From positions 1,088,001-1,152,000 of the forward strand of contig OZ219871.1 of the NCBI GenBank assembly GCA_964291495.2: 64,000 bases of DNA, given 5' to 3'. Positions within the stretch are counted from its first letter, which is position 1. Each line of letters opens with the position of its first letter. The DNA is from Dehalococcoidia bacterium (GTDB taxonomy: Bacteria; Chloroflexota; Dehalococcoidia; UBA2979). Positions 29,681 through 40,148 of the stretch are shown piece by piece. Position numbers and translations under genes: made by a program. The notes under the pieces were generated by a model. That model was given only the letters and a program-made list of their open reading frames with translations. It was not told the DNA's origin and searched no databases.

Positions 29681-30544
29681 ATGCCTGAGATACCCGACCT
29701 CGAGGTGATCCGCGGCTTCCTGACGCCGGCGCTGCGCGACAATCCCGTGCGCGGCGTCGAGGCGCGCCTGCCCTGGCTCGTGCGCACCGGCGCGCAGGAG
29801 CTGGAGACGCTGGAGGGCCACGCCTTCGGCGAGGTGCTGCGCCACGGCAAGTTCCTGCTCTTCCCCTCGGACGACGGCCGCGTGCTGGTGGTCAACCCGA
29901 TGCTCACCGGCCGCTTCCACTGGGCCGAGGCCTCCGAGGCGCGCCGCCCCGCGCCGGCGCTGACGCTCGCCTTCGAGGACGGCCACGAACTGCGCTACGC
30001 CGACGAGCGCCGCATGGGCCGCCTCTACCTCGTGCATACGGACGACCTCGGCAGCGTGCCGCAGTTCGCCGAGCTCGGCCCGGACGCGCTGGCGATCGAC
30101 GAGGACGAGTTCGCCGAGCGGCTGCGCAAGCGCCGCGGTCAACTCAAGAACACGCTCACCAACCAGGCCTTCATCGCCGGCATCGGCAACGCCTACGCCG
30201 ACGAGATCCTCTGGGAGGCGGGCCTGCACCCGCACCGCCGCGGCGCGACACTGGGCGACGCTGACCGCCGCGCGCTGTACCGTGCGATGCACGCCGTCTT
30301 CGATCGGGCACGCCCGATCCTCGAGGAACACGTCCGGGACGGCCTGAAACAACGCAAGGAGGAGTGGCGCGAGCATCTCCGCGTTCACCGCCGCGCGGGC
30401 GAGGACTGCCCCCGCTGCGGACGCGAGGTGCGAGGTCGCACATCAGGCAGCCGCGAGACGAACTTCTGCCTCGGCTGCCAGCCGCTCGACCTCGGACAGC
30501 GGGGCGCCGTCCCCGCAGCCGCCGGCGGGGCGGCGGAGGCCTGA
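29681..30544 (+). CDS. Fpg/Nei family DNA glycosylase
   Basis: N-terminal PE, RHGK, GIGNAYADEIL, CPRC..CLGCQ zinc finger. Confidence 0.92.
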   Translation: MPEIPDLEVIRGFLTPALRDNPVRGVEARLPWLVRTGAQELETLEGHAFGEVLRHGKFLLFPSDDGRVLVVNPMLTGRFHWAEASEARRPAPALTLAFEDGHELRYADERRMGRLYLVHTDDLGSVPQFAELGPDALAIDEDEFAERLRKRRGQLKNTLTNQAFIAGIGNAYADEILWEAGLHPHRRGATLGDADRRALYRAMHAVFDRARPILEEHVRDGLKQRKEEWREHLRVHRRAGEDCPRCGREVRGRTSGSRETNFCLGCQPLDLGQRGAVPAAAGGAAEA

Positions 30545-30574
30545 GCGGAAGACACGGAAGAGGGAGGAAGCCAC

Positions 30575-31294
30575 GTGAAAGTCATCGGCCGTGACATCGG
30601 CGACGTCCTCGACGGGCTCTACGAGGAGATCAGCAACCGCGTGAGCGAGGAAGCCGCGCGCGAGTTGCAGGTCGACAAGTTCGACGGCGACGCGTTCTCG
30701 CGCGTGCGCTGGAGCGCCGAGACCCCGTCCGTGCTGATCTTCGTGCACGAGCAGCTGCCGACGCACGCGATCCCGCACGTCCTCGGCGTCGCGCTGCAGC
30801 ACATCCGGCAGCGCCTCGACCGCTACCCCGACGTCCGCACCCCGAGCGGGCGGCAGGCCGCCGCAGGCGCGGGCCCGCTACGCACGATGCTGCGCGAGCT
30901 GGTGATGGCGCCGGAGGCCGAGTCGCACCTCGCCGACCTCGGCCTCGACAGCGAGTGGGAGACGGAGCAGCGCCACGAGGCGATGAAGCAGATCCTGCGC
31001 GCGCCGCCTTCCGATTGGACGCGCGACGGCACGCTCGGCAACAAGTTCGCCGCGCTGCAGTACGCGCGCTTCGAGCTCGAGCACCCCTCGGCGATGTGGA
31101 AGAGCCTGCGCGAAGACATGGAGAACGCGCTGCCGATCGCAGCGGAGCGCGGCAAGCGCGCCGTCGCCACCGTGCAGGAGCACGGCTGGGACTCGCCCGA
31201 CGCCTGCTTGCAGTCGCTGCTCGGCGTGCGCGACAGCATGGGCATGGAGTACATCGCCTGGATCGAGGACCGGCGCAACGGCGAGATCATCTGA
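30575..31294 (+). CDS. Hypothetical protein
   Basis: GGAGG RBS, host-like codon usage; no family recognised. Confidence 0.7.
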   Translation: MKVIGRDIGDVLDGLYEEISNRVSEEAARELQVDKFDGDAFSRVRWSAETPSVLIFVHEQLPTHAIPHVLGVALQHIRQRLDRYPDVRTPSGRQAAAGAGPLRTMLRELVMAPEAESHLADLGLDSEWETEQRHEAMKQILRAPPSDWTRDGTLGNKFAALQYARFELEHPSAMWKSLREDMENALPIAAERGKRAVATVQEHGWDSPDACLQSLLGVRDSMGMEYIAWIEDRRNGEII

Positions 31295-31323
31295 CACCTG
31301 GCGCAGCGCCCGGAGCGCCCTCG

Positions 31324-32274
31324 ATGCCGCCGCCCGCTGACCCGCCCGACCCGCCGCTGCGGGGCAAGGTCGCCGTCGTCACCGGCGGCGGACGCGGCAT
31401 CGGGCGCGCCGTCGCCTCCCGCCTCGCGCGCGAGGGCGCGGCCGTCGTCATCGCCGACTACGGCGGCAGTGTCGACACGAGCGCCGACCCGCAGGCCGCC
31501 GTCGCCGAGGCGGCCGCCGAGGCGATTCGCGCCGAGGGCGGCCAGGCCTCGGCCTGCTTCGCCGACATCTCGACGATGGAGGGCGGCCGCCGCGCCGTGC
31601 AGCAGGCGCTCGACGACTTCGGTCGCCTCGACGCGATGGTCTGCTGCGCGGGCATCATCCCGCAGGGCACGGTGCTGACCGCCTCCGAGGAGGACTGGGA
31701 CCGCACGATCGCCACGCACCTCAAGGGCCACTTCTCCTGCGCGCAGGCGGCGGCGCGGGTGATGGTCGAGCAGGGCGGCGGGCGGATCGTCTTCTTCGCC
31801 TCGCGCGCCTCGTTCGGCAGCGCCAGCGGGACCATCGCCTACAGCGCCGCGAAGGCCGGCATCCTCGGCCTCACCTTCACCGCCGCGACCGAGCTGATCG
31901 CGCACGGCGTCACGACAAACTGCATCGTGCCGCGCGCCTCCACGCGGATGATCGACTACATCGCGGAGACGACCGGGCGCAGCGAGGGCCGCCCCGCCTC
32001 GGACAGCGCCGCCGGCACCACCTTCGACCCGGACAACATCCCGCCGATCGTCGCCTGGCTGCTCAGCGACGCCGCCGAGGGGGTCAACGGCCAGGTCTTC
32101 GGCGTCGTCGGCCACCAGATCACGCTGCTCGAGCGCGCCGGCTGGGCCGCCTCGCTCGTGTCCGACTCCCCGTGGCGCCTCGAGGGCCCCGACGGCCTGA
32201 CGGCCCGCATCCCGCAGGCCTTCGGAGACGACCTCTCGCTGCGCCGCTTCGTGTGGGAGCTGCCGGAGGAGTAG
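31324..32274 (+). CDS. SDR family oxidoreductase (MFE-2/HSD17B4-like)
   Basis: TGGGRGIG, HLKGHF, YSAAKAGI, PRASTRM. Confidence 0.9.
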   Translation: MPPPADPPDPPLRGKVAVVTGGGRGIGRAVASRLAREGAAVVIADYGGSVDTSADPQAAVAEAAAEAIRAEGGQASACFADISTMEGGRRAVQQALDDFGRLDAMVCCAGIIPQGTVLTASEEDWDRTIATHLKGHFSCAQAAARVMVEQGGGRIVFFASRASFGSASGTIAYSAAKAGILGLTFTAATELIAHGVTTNCIVPRASTRMIDYIAETTGRSEGRPASDSAAGTTFDPDNIPPIVAWLLSDAAEGVNGQVFGVVGHQITLLERAGWAASLVSDSPWRLEGPDGLTARIPQAFGDDLSLRRFVWELPEE

Positions 32275-32395
32275 CGAAGGCACTCGACCGCGCTTGAACG
32301 CCCGACCGCGCCCCGATTCATCCTACCCTCGATCAACGCCCCGACTACCCTCGATCATCCAGCCACGTACGCGCGCGACCCGCGAGGCCCAGACA

Positions 32396-34330
<1,935 letters not shown>

Positions 34331-34345
34331 GGGACCGCCCACGCG

Positions 34346-36085
34346 CTAGCGCGCCGCCTCCACCTCCACGGTGACGACGTCGATCTCGTGGTACTTGCGG
34401 TGCTGCACCGACGAGGCGTAGTGGCGTAACAGGCGGAACGAGAGCTCGTTGTCGTCCTGGCTCTGCGGCGTGTCTCCGAGGTAGGCCAACCGGTCCTCGA
34501 GGTTCTCGTCCTGTTCCTCGGAGGTCGCGACGAACTCCAGCTCGATCGTTCCGGAGCCGCTCCGCGTGCTGATGATCAGGTTCCGATCGCCACGCGTCAG
34601 CCGATCGGGTTCGAGCGTCAGCAGGCTCGCCAGCGTCTCCTCGCCCGCCGAACGCAGCCGATCCGTCGAGGGCTCGTCCCAGCCCGCCTTCCCGGCGATG
34701 CCGCGGAGGTACTCGTCGACCTTCGGCAGGGAGAGGATGTCCAGGTTCACGTTCAGACGGCTCGCGCGCGGCTGGGTCAGGTTGATCAGCACGGTGAAGA
34801 GGATCATCGCGACACAACCGGTGGTCAGGCCGTTGCTGAACAGGATCTCCCACGGCCCGCTGATCAGGTTCGGGAAGATCAGATCGTTCTGGAATCCCAC
34901 CCCGAGCCAGAACGAGACGCCCACGACCGTGGAAGTGCGCGGGTCCAGCCCTCCCTGGATCACCAGGCGCATGCCCTGCACGAACAACAGGGCCAGCATC
35001 ACGATCACGTACGCCGCGAACACCGGAGTCGGAATCGCCGTCAGCAGCGCGATCGCCTTCGGCAGCACCGCCACCACCAGCAGGATACCCCCGGCGTAGA
35101 CGCCGACGCTGCGCGCCGCCACGCCGGTGAGGAGCACGCGCGCGGAGTTCGCGGTCGGCACCGTGTTGGGCAGCCCGGACGCGACCGCCGCGAGCAGGTT
35201 GGTCACCGCCATGACGTTGAACGCGCCCTGGACCACGCGGAAGTCCGTCGCCCGGGGGCTGCGCCACGACACCTGCTGGATGGAGATGGTGTCGCTGATG
35301 CCGTAGATCGCCGCCGCCAGGTAGACGATCGCGAACCCCGGCAACAGCGTCCAGAACTCGACCCCGAAGTTGAAGCCGAACCCCGGCCAGCCGTCGAGCG
35401 GAACGCCTATCCAGGCCGCCTCGCCCACGCTGGCCGTGTCGTACAGGCCCACCGGCACCGCCACGACGCAACCCGCGAGGATCCCGATGAACGGCGTCCA
35501 CTGCTGCACGACCGGCGGCGCGAAGAGCCGCAGACCCATCATCACGCCCAGCGTGGTCCCGGCCACGGCAAGCGCTGCGGTGTCGGAGTCACCACCGGAT
35601 GCGTCCGACATCCTGTTCAGCAGGACCGACATGACCGTGGCCGCGAGCAGCATCAGCACCGTGCCCGTGACCGTCGGCGTGATGATCCTCCGCAGTAGCG
35701 AGAGACGCTGGATGAACACGAACAGCAGGATGGACGACACCACCATCGTGCTGGCCAGCAGCGCCGGCCCACCCTCCGACAGCGCGGAGATGACCACGGC
35801 GATGAACGCCGAGGTGCTTACAACCCCGATCGCGTAGCCCGAGCCGAAGCGCCCGAACTGGAAGACCTGTGCGATCGTGCCAAGCCCGCAGACCACCGCC
35901 GAGGCCGAGAACATCCACGGGGTGTATTCGCTCGGCTGACCGCTCGCCTCGACTACGATCGCCGTGATCGCGGCCAGCGTGACCAGGCGGCCGGCGATCG
36001 AGAGCAGGCCGTGGCCGAGGGCCGACAGCGGAGGGATCGGCTCGTCCGGCTCGTAGAGGATGTAGTCGTTGGTCTGTGCAGCCAC
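34346..36085 (-). CDS. NCS2/xanthine-uracil family permease with C-terminal HATPase-like (anti-sigma-type) domain
   Basis: YEPDE, GLGTIAQ..RFGSG, TPTVTGTV, LTGVAAR, then ~140-aa soluble tail; start estimated at GTG 36085. Confidence 0.8.
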   Translation of the reverse strand: MAAQTNDYILYEPDEPIPPLSALGHGLLSIAGRLVTLAAITAIVVEASGQPSEYTPWMFSASAVVCGLGTIAQVFQFGRFGSGYAIGVVSTSAFIAVVISALSEGGPALLASTMVVSSILLFVFIQRLSLLRRIITPTVTGTVLMLLAATVMSVLLNRMSDASGGDSDTAALAVAGTTLGVMMGLRLFAPPVVQQWTPFIGILAGCVVAVPVGLYDTASVGEAAWIGVPLDGWPGFGFNFGVEFWTLLPGFAIVYLAAAIYGISDTISIQQVSWRSPRATDFRVVQGAFNVMAVTNLLAAVASGLPNTVPTANSARVLLTGVAARSVGVYAGGILLVVAVLPKAIALLTAIPTPVFAAYVIVMLALLFVQGMRLVIQGGLDPRTSTVVGVSFWLGVGFQNDLIFPNLISGPWEILFSNGLTTGCVAMILFTVLINLTQPRASRLNVNLDILSLPKVDEYLRGIAGKAGWDEPSTDRLRSAGEETLASLLTLEPDRLTRGDRNLIISTRSGSGTIELEFVATSEEQDENLEDRLAYLGDTPQSQDDNELSFRLLRHYASSVQHRKYHEIDVVTVEVEAAR

Positions 36086-36151
36086 CAGGCCCGATCCCGC
36101 CTGTAACGGTGAGCCCGCGAGACCGCCCACCGGAACCTCTAGTGCCAGCGA

Positions 36152-36212
36152 ATCATACGTAACCATACGCATTTTCATACGGATCTCACGCAGGGACTCA
36201 TACGGATCTCAC
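36152..36212 (-). promoter_or_regulatory. Promoter/operator region with direct repeats
   Basis: Perfect TCATACGGATCTCAC at 36175 and 36198; further CATACG at 36154 and 36164; TATGAT -10 on the minus strand. Confidence 0.55.
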
Positions 36213-36261
36213 ACAACACCCTGGCTCTCACCGCCCCTCGCGAACCGCGTATCATCGGCCC

Positions 36262-36561
36262 ATGCCCGGCACGCTGGCTGCCAACTACTGTCCCGAGGGC
36301 TGCTACTGGCCCTGCGAGCACCGCGCGCCGGGCGCCGCCGGAAGCACCCGCGGCGGCTGGACGCTCGGACCGAATCCCGGCGACGACCCCGAGGAGCTGG
36401 CCCTCGAGGAGTGGCAGCTCCACTCGATCGCCGGGATCCCGTACTCCCGGTCGATCCCGACCCTCAAGTTCTGCTCCGAGTGCGGCGAGTCCTTCGCCGA
36501 CTCCACCGAGCACTCGAGGGAGCACGCGCGCCTGCGCCAGCTCCGCGACGACCTCCGCTAG
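36262..36561 (+). CDS. Small Cys/His-rich protein with C2H2-type zinc finger
   Basis: C-x3-C-x3-C-x-H and C-x2-C-x3-F-x5-H-x3-H; host-like codon usage. Confidence 0.6.
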   Translation: MPGTLAANYCPEGCYWPCEHRAPGAAGSTRGGWTLGPNPGDDPEELALEEWQLHSIAGIPYSRSIPTLKFCSECGESFADSTEHSREHARLRQLRDDLR

Positions 36562-36585
36562 CCTCCCGCAACTCTCGAGGCCGAA

Positions 36586-37039
36586 TCCGGTCCCCGCTCC
36601 CCTAGCGGGGGAGGGCGGAAGGGGAGGGGGGACGGAATGGGCCAGTCCGGTCCCCTCCCCCCTGGCGGGGGAGGGCGGAGGGTGAGGGGGAGCGCGCCCC
36701 GGCGCGCCCTCGAGGGCGCACCCAACCATCGAAGGTGGTAGCCCCGCCGCCGAGCCTGGATTCCGGCGTTCGCCGGAATGACGGAAACGGGATCCGGTCC
36801 CCTCTCCCCGAGGGAGAGGGCGGAGGGTGAGGGGGGACGGAAAGGGCCAGTCCGGTCCCCTCCCCCCTGGCGGGGGAGGGCGGAGGGTGAGGGGGAGCGC
36901 GCCCGGCGCGCCTTCGAGGGCGCACCCAACCATCGAAGGTGGTAGCCCCGCCGCCGAGCCTGGATTCCGGCGTTCGCCGGAATGACGGGAAGGGGATCCG
37001 GTCCCCTCTCCCCGAGGGAGAGGGCGGAGGGTGAGGGAG
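36586..37039. repeat. Tandem (~205 bp period) mosaic array of REP-like palindromes (BIME-like)
   Basis: Five TCCGGTCCCC..GAGGGCGGA.GG.GAGGG units and two CTGGATTCCGGCGTTCGCCGGAATGAC units; near-identical spacers. Confidence 0.9.
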
Positions 37040-37132
37040 GCGCCCAATGCCGCGAGGAGCAACGGACCCGGCGAGGCGCACGCGAGCGCGCGCTGCGGGC
37101 TACGATGCCCGCACGAGCGAACGGAGGCAGCG

Positions 37133-37429
37133 ATGCCGAGACCACAGAAGCTGAGCGACGCCGAGATCGAGGAGCGCCTCGCGAGCCTTGAGGGCTGGAG
37201 CCGCGACGGCGACGAGATCGTGACGGAGTTCCAGCTGGAGGACTTCGTCGCGGCGGTCGGGCTGATCGCCCAGATCGGCGTGCTCGCCGAGCGGATGAAT
37301 CACCACCCGACGCTGACCAACACCTACAACCGCGTCGGCGTGGCCCTCAACACGCACGACGCCGGCGGCATCACCGAGTACGACTTCTCGCTCGCCGGCG
37401 AGATCAACGAGCGCGCGGGCAGGGGCTAG
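37133..37429 (+). CDS. phhB: Pterin-4-alpha-carbinolamine dehydratase
   Basis: AERMNHHP, THDAGGITEYD. Confidence 0.92.
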   Translation: MPRPQKLSDAEIEERLASLEGWSRDGDEIVTEFQLEDFVAAVGLIAQIGVLAERMNHHPTLTNTYNRVGVALNTHDAGGITEYDFSLAGEINERAGRG

Positions 37430-37434
37430 GTTCC

Positions 37435-38286
37435 ATGAGCCTCGACGGCCTGCGCATCGGCATCTCGCTCCCCGTCCGCGAGCTGGAGAACGACCTCGCG
37501 GCGATCCGCGACTTCGCCCGGACCGCCGAGGAGCTGGGCTTCACCCACCTGCGTATCCCCGACATGGTGATCCGGCCCGGCGGCGGGCACCTCCACGAGC
37601 CGCTGACGCTGCTCAGCTGGGTGGCGGCGCTGACCTCGGCGATCGAGCTGGTGCCCTCGGTGATCATCCTGCCGGTGCGGCAGACCGTGCTCGTCGCCAA
37701 GCAGACGGCGGAGCTCGACCTGCTCAGCGGCGGGCGGCTGCGGCTCGGCGTCGGCGTCGGGCGCAGCCCCGAGGAATACGCGGCGCTGGGGCAGGACTTC
37801 CGCACCCGCGGCCGCCGCTGCGACGAGCAGATCGAGCTGCTGCGCCTGCTCTGGACGCAGGACGAGGTGACCTTCGAGGGCCAGTGGGACCGCATCGAGG
37901 GCGCCGGCATCGACCCGCTCCCCGTGCAGCAGCCGATCCCGATCTGGATCGGCCCGGGCGGTGGCGGGCAGGCGCCCGCGGTGCTCCGCCGCGTCGGACG
38001 CCTCGCCGACGGCTGGTTCGCGATCATCCCGAGGGAGGCGCTGCCCGCCGCCAGCGCGCAGATCGCCGAGGAAGCCGAGGCGGCGGGGCGCGACCCCGCC
38101 GCGATTGGCGTCGAGAGCGCCGTCGCCATCACCGGCAAGCAGCCGGGCGAGTGGCTCGCCGAGGCGCAAGCCTGGGCCGAAGCCGGCGCGACGCACCTCT
38201 GCCTGCGCACGCTCGGCGGCGGCCTCGACGCGGCGGGCCACCTCGCCGCCCTGCGCGGGGCCCGCGAGGCCCTCGACGCCGCGTAG
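37435..38286 (+). CDS. LLM class F420-dependent oxidoreductase
   Basis: AEELGF, HEPLTLL, RQTVLVAKQTAELDLLSGGRLRLGVGVG. Confidence 0.9.
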   Translation: MSLDGLRIGISLPVRELENDLAAIRDFARTAEELGFTHLRIPDMVIRPGGGHLHEPLTLLSWVAALTSAIELVPSVIILPVRQTVLVAKQTAELDLLSGGRLRLGVGVGRSPEEYAALGQDFRTRGRRCDEQIELLRLLWTQDEVTFEGQWDRIEGAGIDPLPVQQPIPIWIGPGGGGQAPAVLRRVGRLADGWFAIIPREALPAASAQIAEEAEAAGRDPAAIGVESAVAITGKQPGEWLAEAQAWAEAGATHLCLRTLGGGLDAAGHLAALRGAREALDAA

Positions 38287-38332
38287 GCCGATCCGGCTCC
38301 CTCCCCCCACAACGCACTGGCTTTCCCGCCGG

Positions 38333-38548
38333 GAGACCTTTGCGAAACTCCCACAAGCCCGATCCGGCTCCCTCTCCCTGGGGAGAGGGCGGGGGTGAGG
38401 GGAGGACTCCCGCGCGCCTCCGAAAGCCCCGATGGCGCAACGCATTTCCGGAGGGTGGACCCTCCCTCACCCTGACCCTCTCCCTCGGGGAGAGGGGACC
38501 GGAGGGGATGCGCTCGCTGCCCCGGGGAGAGGGTTTCGCAGCGGTCTC
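38333..38548. mobile_element. MITE-like element copy 3 (most complete, 216 bp)
   Basis: Terminal inverted repeats GAGACCTTTGCGAAAC / GTTTCGCAGCGGTCTC (14 of 16 match); internal inverted REP pair. Confidence 0.8.
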
Positions 38549-38861
38549 AGGCGAGCTTGACGGCCGTCCCGTAGACCAGCACCTCGGCCGCGCCCTGGGC
38601 GACCGCGGCCGTCGCCATCCGCACGGCGACGATGGCGTCCGCGCCCTGCTGCTCCGCGTCCTCCCGCAGCGCCGCGAAGGCCTGCTCGCGAGACTCCACC
38701 AGCAGCTGCTGGTAGGCCCCGATCTCGCCGCCGACGAGGTTCTTGAGGCCCGCGAGGACATCGCGGCCGACGTGCCGCGCGCGCACGGCATTCGCCGTGA
38801 CGAGACCAATCGTCTGGCTGATCTCGCGGCCGGGGATGGTGTCGGAGGTCGTCATGATCAT
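38547..38861 (-). CDS. YbjQ/UPF0145 family protein
   Basis: MTTSDTIPGREI, GLKNLVGGEI, GADAIVAVR, YGTAV. Confidence 0.92.
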   Translation of the reverse strand: MIMTTSDTIPGREISQTIGLVTANAVRARHVGRDVLAGLKNLVGGEIGAYQQLLVESREQAFAALREDAEQQGADAIVAVRMATAAVAQGAAEVLVYGTAVKLA

Positions 38862-38973
38862 CTGCGCGCTCCTTCGCTGTGCGCCCCCATCCTCGCTCAT
38901 CCGCACGCCGGGCGCAGGGCGGCGGCCCGAGACGGGCTACGCCAGGATCGAGGCGCTGCGCTAGGCTTGCTGC

Positions 38974-39666
38974 ATGGCACACCACGCAGCGGCGATCCTC
39001 GTGGCGGCGGGCGTCTCGCGGCGCATGGGCGGCGTCGACAAGGTCTGGGCCGAGGTCTGCGGCCGCGCGCTGCTCGCGCTGCCGCTGCAGCGCCTCGCAG
39101 CCGTCGAGGAGATCGAGGAGATCGTGGTCGTCGCGCCGGGCGCGCGCCACATCGACATCGGCGAGCTCGCGTTCGGGCTTGGCGTGAGCCCCAGGCTGCC
39201 GCTGCGCTGCGTCGAGGGCGGCGAGCGCCGCCGCGACTCGGTCGCGGCGGGGCTGGCGGCGCTGCCCGACGCGCGCTGGGTGCTGGTCCACGACTCGGCC
39301 CGGCCGCTGGCCAGCAGCGCGCTCGCCGCGAGGGCGCTCGCCGCGGCGCGCGAGGCCGGGGCCGCGGTCCCCGGGCTGCCCGTCGCCGACACGATCAAGC
39401 GCGTCGATGGCGAGGGGCTGGTGCGGGAGACGCCCGACCGCGCCTCGCTGCGCGCGATCCAGACGCCGCAGGCCTTCGACGCCGACCTGCTGCGCCGCGC
39501 CCACGCGACCATCGAGGGCGACGCCACCGACGACGCCGCGCTCGTCGAGCAGCTCGGCGCGCCCGTGCGCGTCATCGAGGGCGAACAACAGGCCTTCAAG
39601 GTGACGACCGCCGAGGACCTCGACCGCCTGCGCGCGCTGATCGGCGACGGCGGGGCGGCTCCCTGA
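38974..39666 (+). CDS. ispD: MEP cytidylyltransferase
   Basis: AAGVSRRMGG.DK, GGERRRDSV, VHDSARP, QTPQAF, KVTT. Confidence 0.95.
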   Translation: MAHHAAAILVAAGVSRRMGGVDKVWAEVCGRALLALPLQRLAAVEEIEEIVVVAPGARHIDIGELAFGLGVSPRLPLRCVEGGERRRDSVAAGLAALPDARWVLVHDSARPLASSALAARALAAAREAGAAVPGLPVADTIKRVDGEGLVRETPDRASLRAIQTPQAFDADLLRRAHATIEGDATDDAALVEQLGAPVRVIEGEQQAFKVTTAEDLDRLRALIGDGGAAP

Positions 39667-40145
39667 TGCGCATCGGCGCGGGCTACGACGTGCATCGCTT
39701 CGGCGAGGACGGGCAGCTGCGCCTCGGCGGCGTCGAGATCGCCGAGGCGCCCGCGCTGATCGGGCACAGCGACGGCGACGCGCTGATCCACGCGGTGATC
39801 GACGCGCTGCTCGGCGCGGCGGGCGAGGGCGACATCGGCGAGCACTTCCCGCCCGGCGACCCGGCGACGGCGGGCATCGACAGCCGCGAGCTGCTGACGC
39901 GCGTGATGCGGCTGGTCGCCGCGCGCGGCTACCGCGTCGTCAACGTCGACGCGACGGTCATCGCCGAGCGCCCCCGCCTGCGCCCGCACATCCCCGCCAT
40001 GCGCGAGGCCCTCGCCCGCGACCTCGGCGTCGAGGCCGGCGCCGTCAACGTCAAGGCCACGACCAACGAGGGCCTCGGCACGATCGGCGCCGGCGAAGCC
40101 CTGGCGGCCCACGCCGTCGCCCTGCTGGATGAGGGGGAGGGGTAG
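39666..40145 (+). CDS. ispF: MECDP synthase
   Basis: RIGAGYDVH, GHSDGD, DIGEHFP, KATTNEGLG. Confidence 0.96.
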   Translation: MRIGAGYDVHRFGEDGQLRLGGVEIAEAPALIGHSDGDALIHAVIDALLGAAGEGDIGEHFPPGDPATAGIDSRELLTRVMRLVAARGYRVVNVDATVIAERPRLRPHIPAMREALARDLGVEAGAVNVKATTNEGLGTIGAGEALAAHAVALLDEGEG

Positions 40146-40148
40146 GAG

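Noticed and set aside
36586-37039. Possible CRISPR array
   Set aside because: Spacers are duplicated rather than unique, repeats are of two kinds, and no cas genes are present
36175-37145. Minus-strand ORFs over the repeat array (36175-37062, 36558-37145, 36602-37081)
   Set aside because: Translations of repeat DNA with no coding signature
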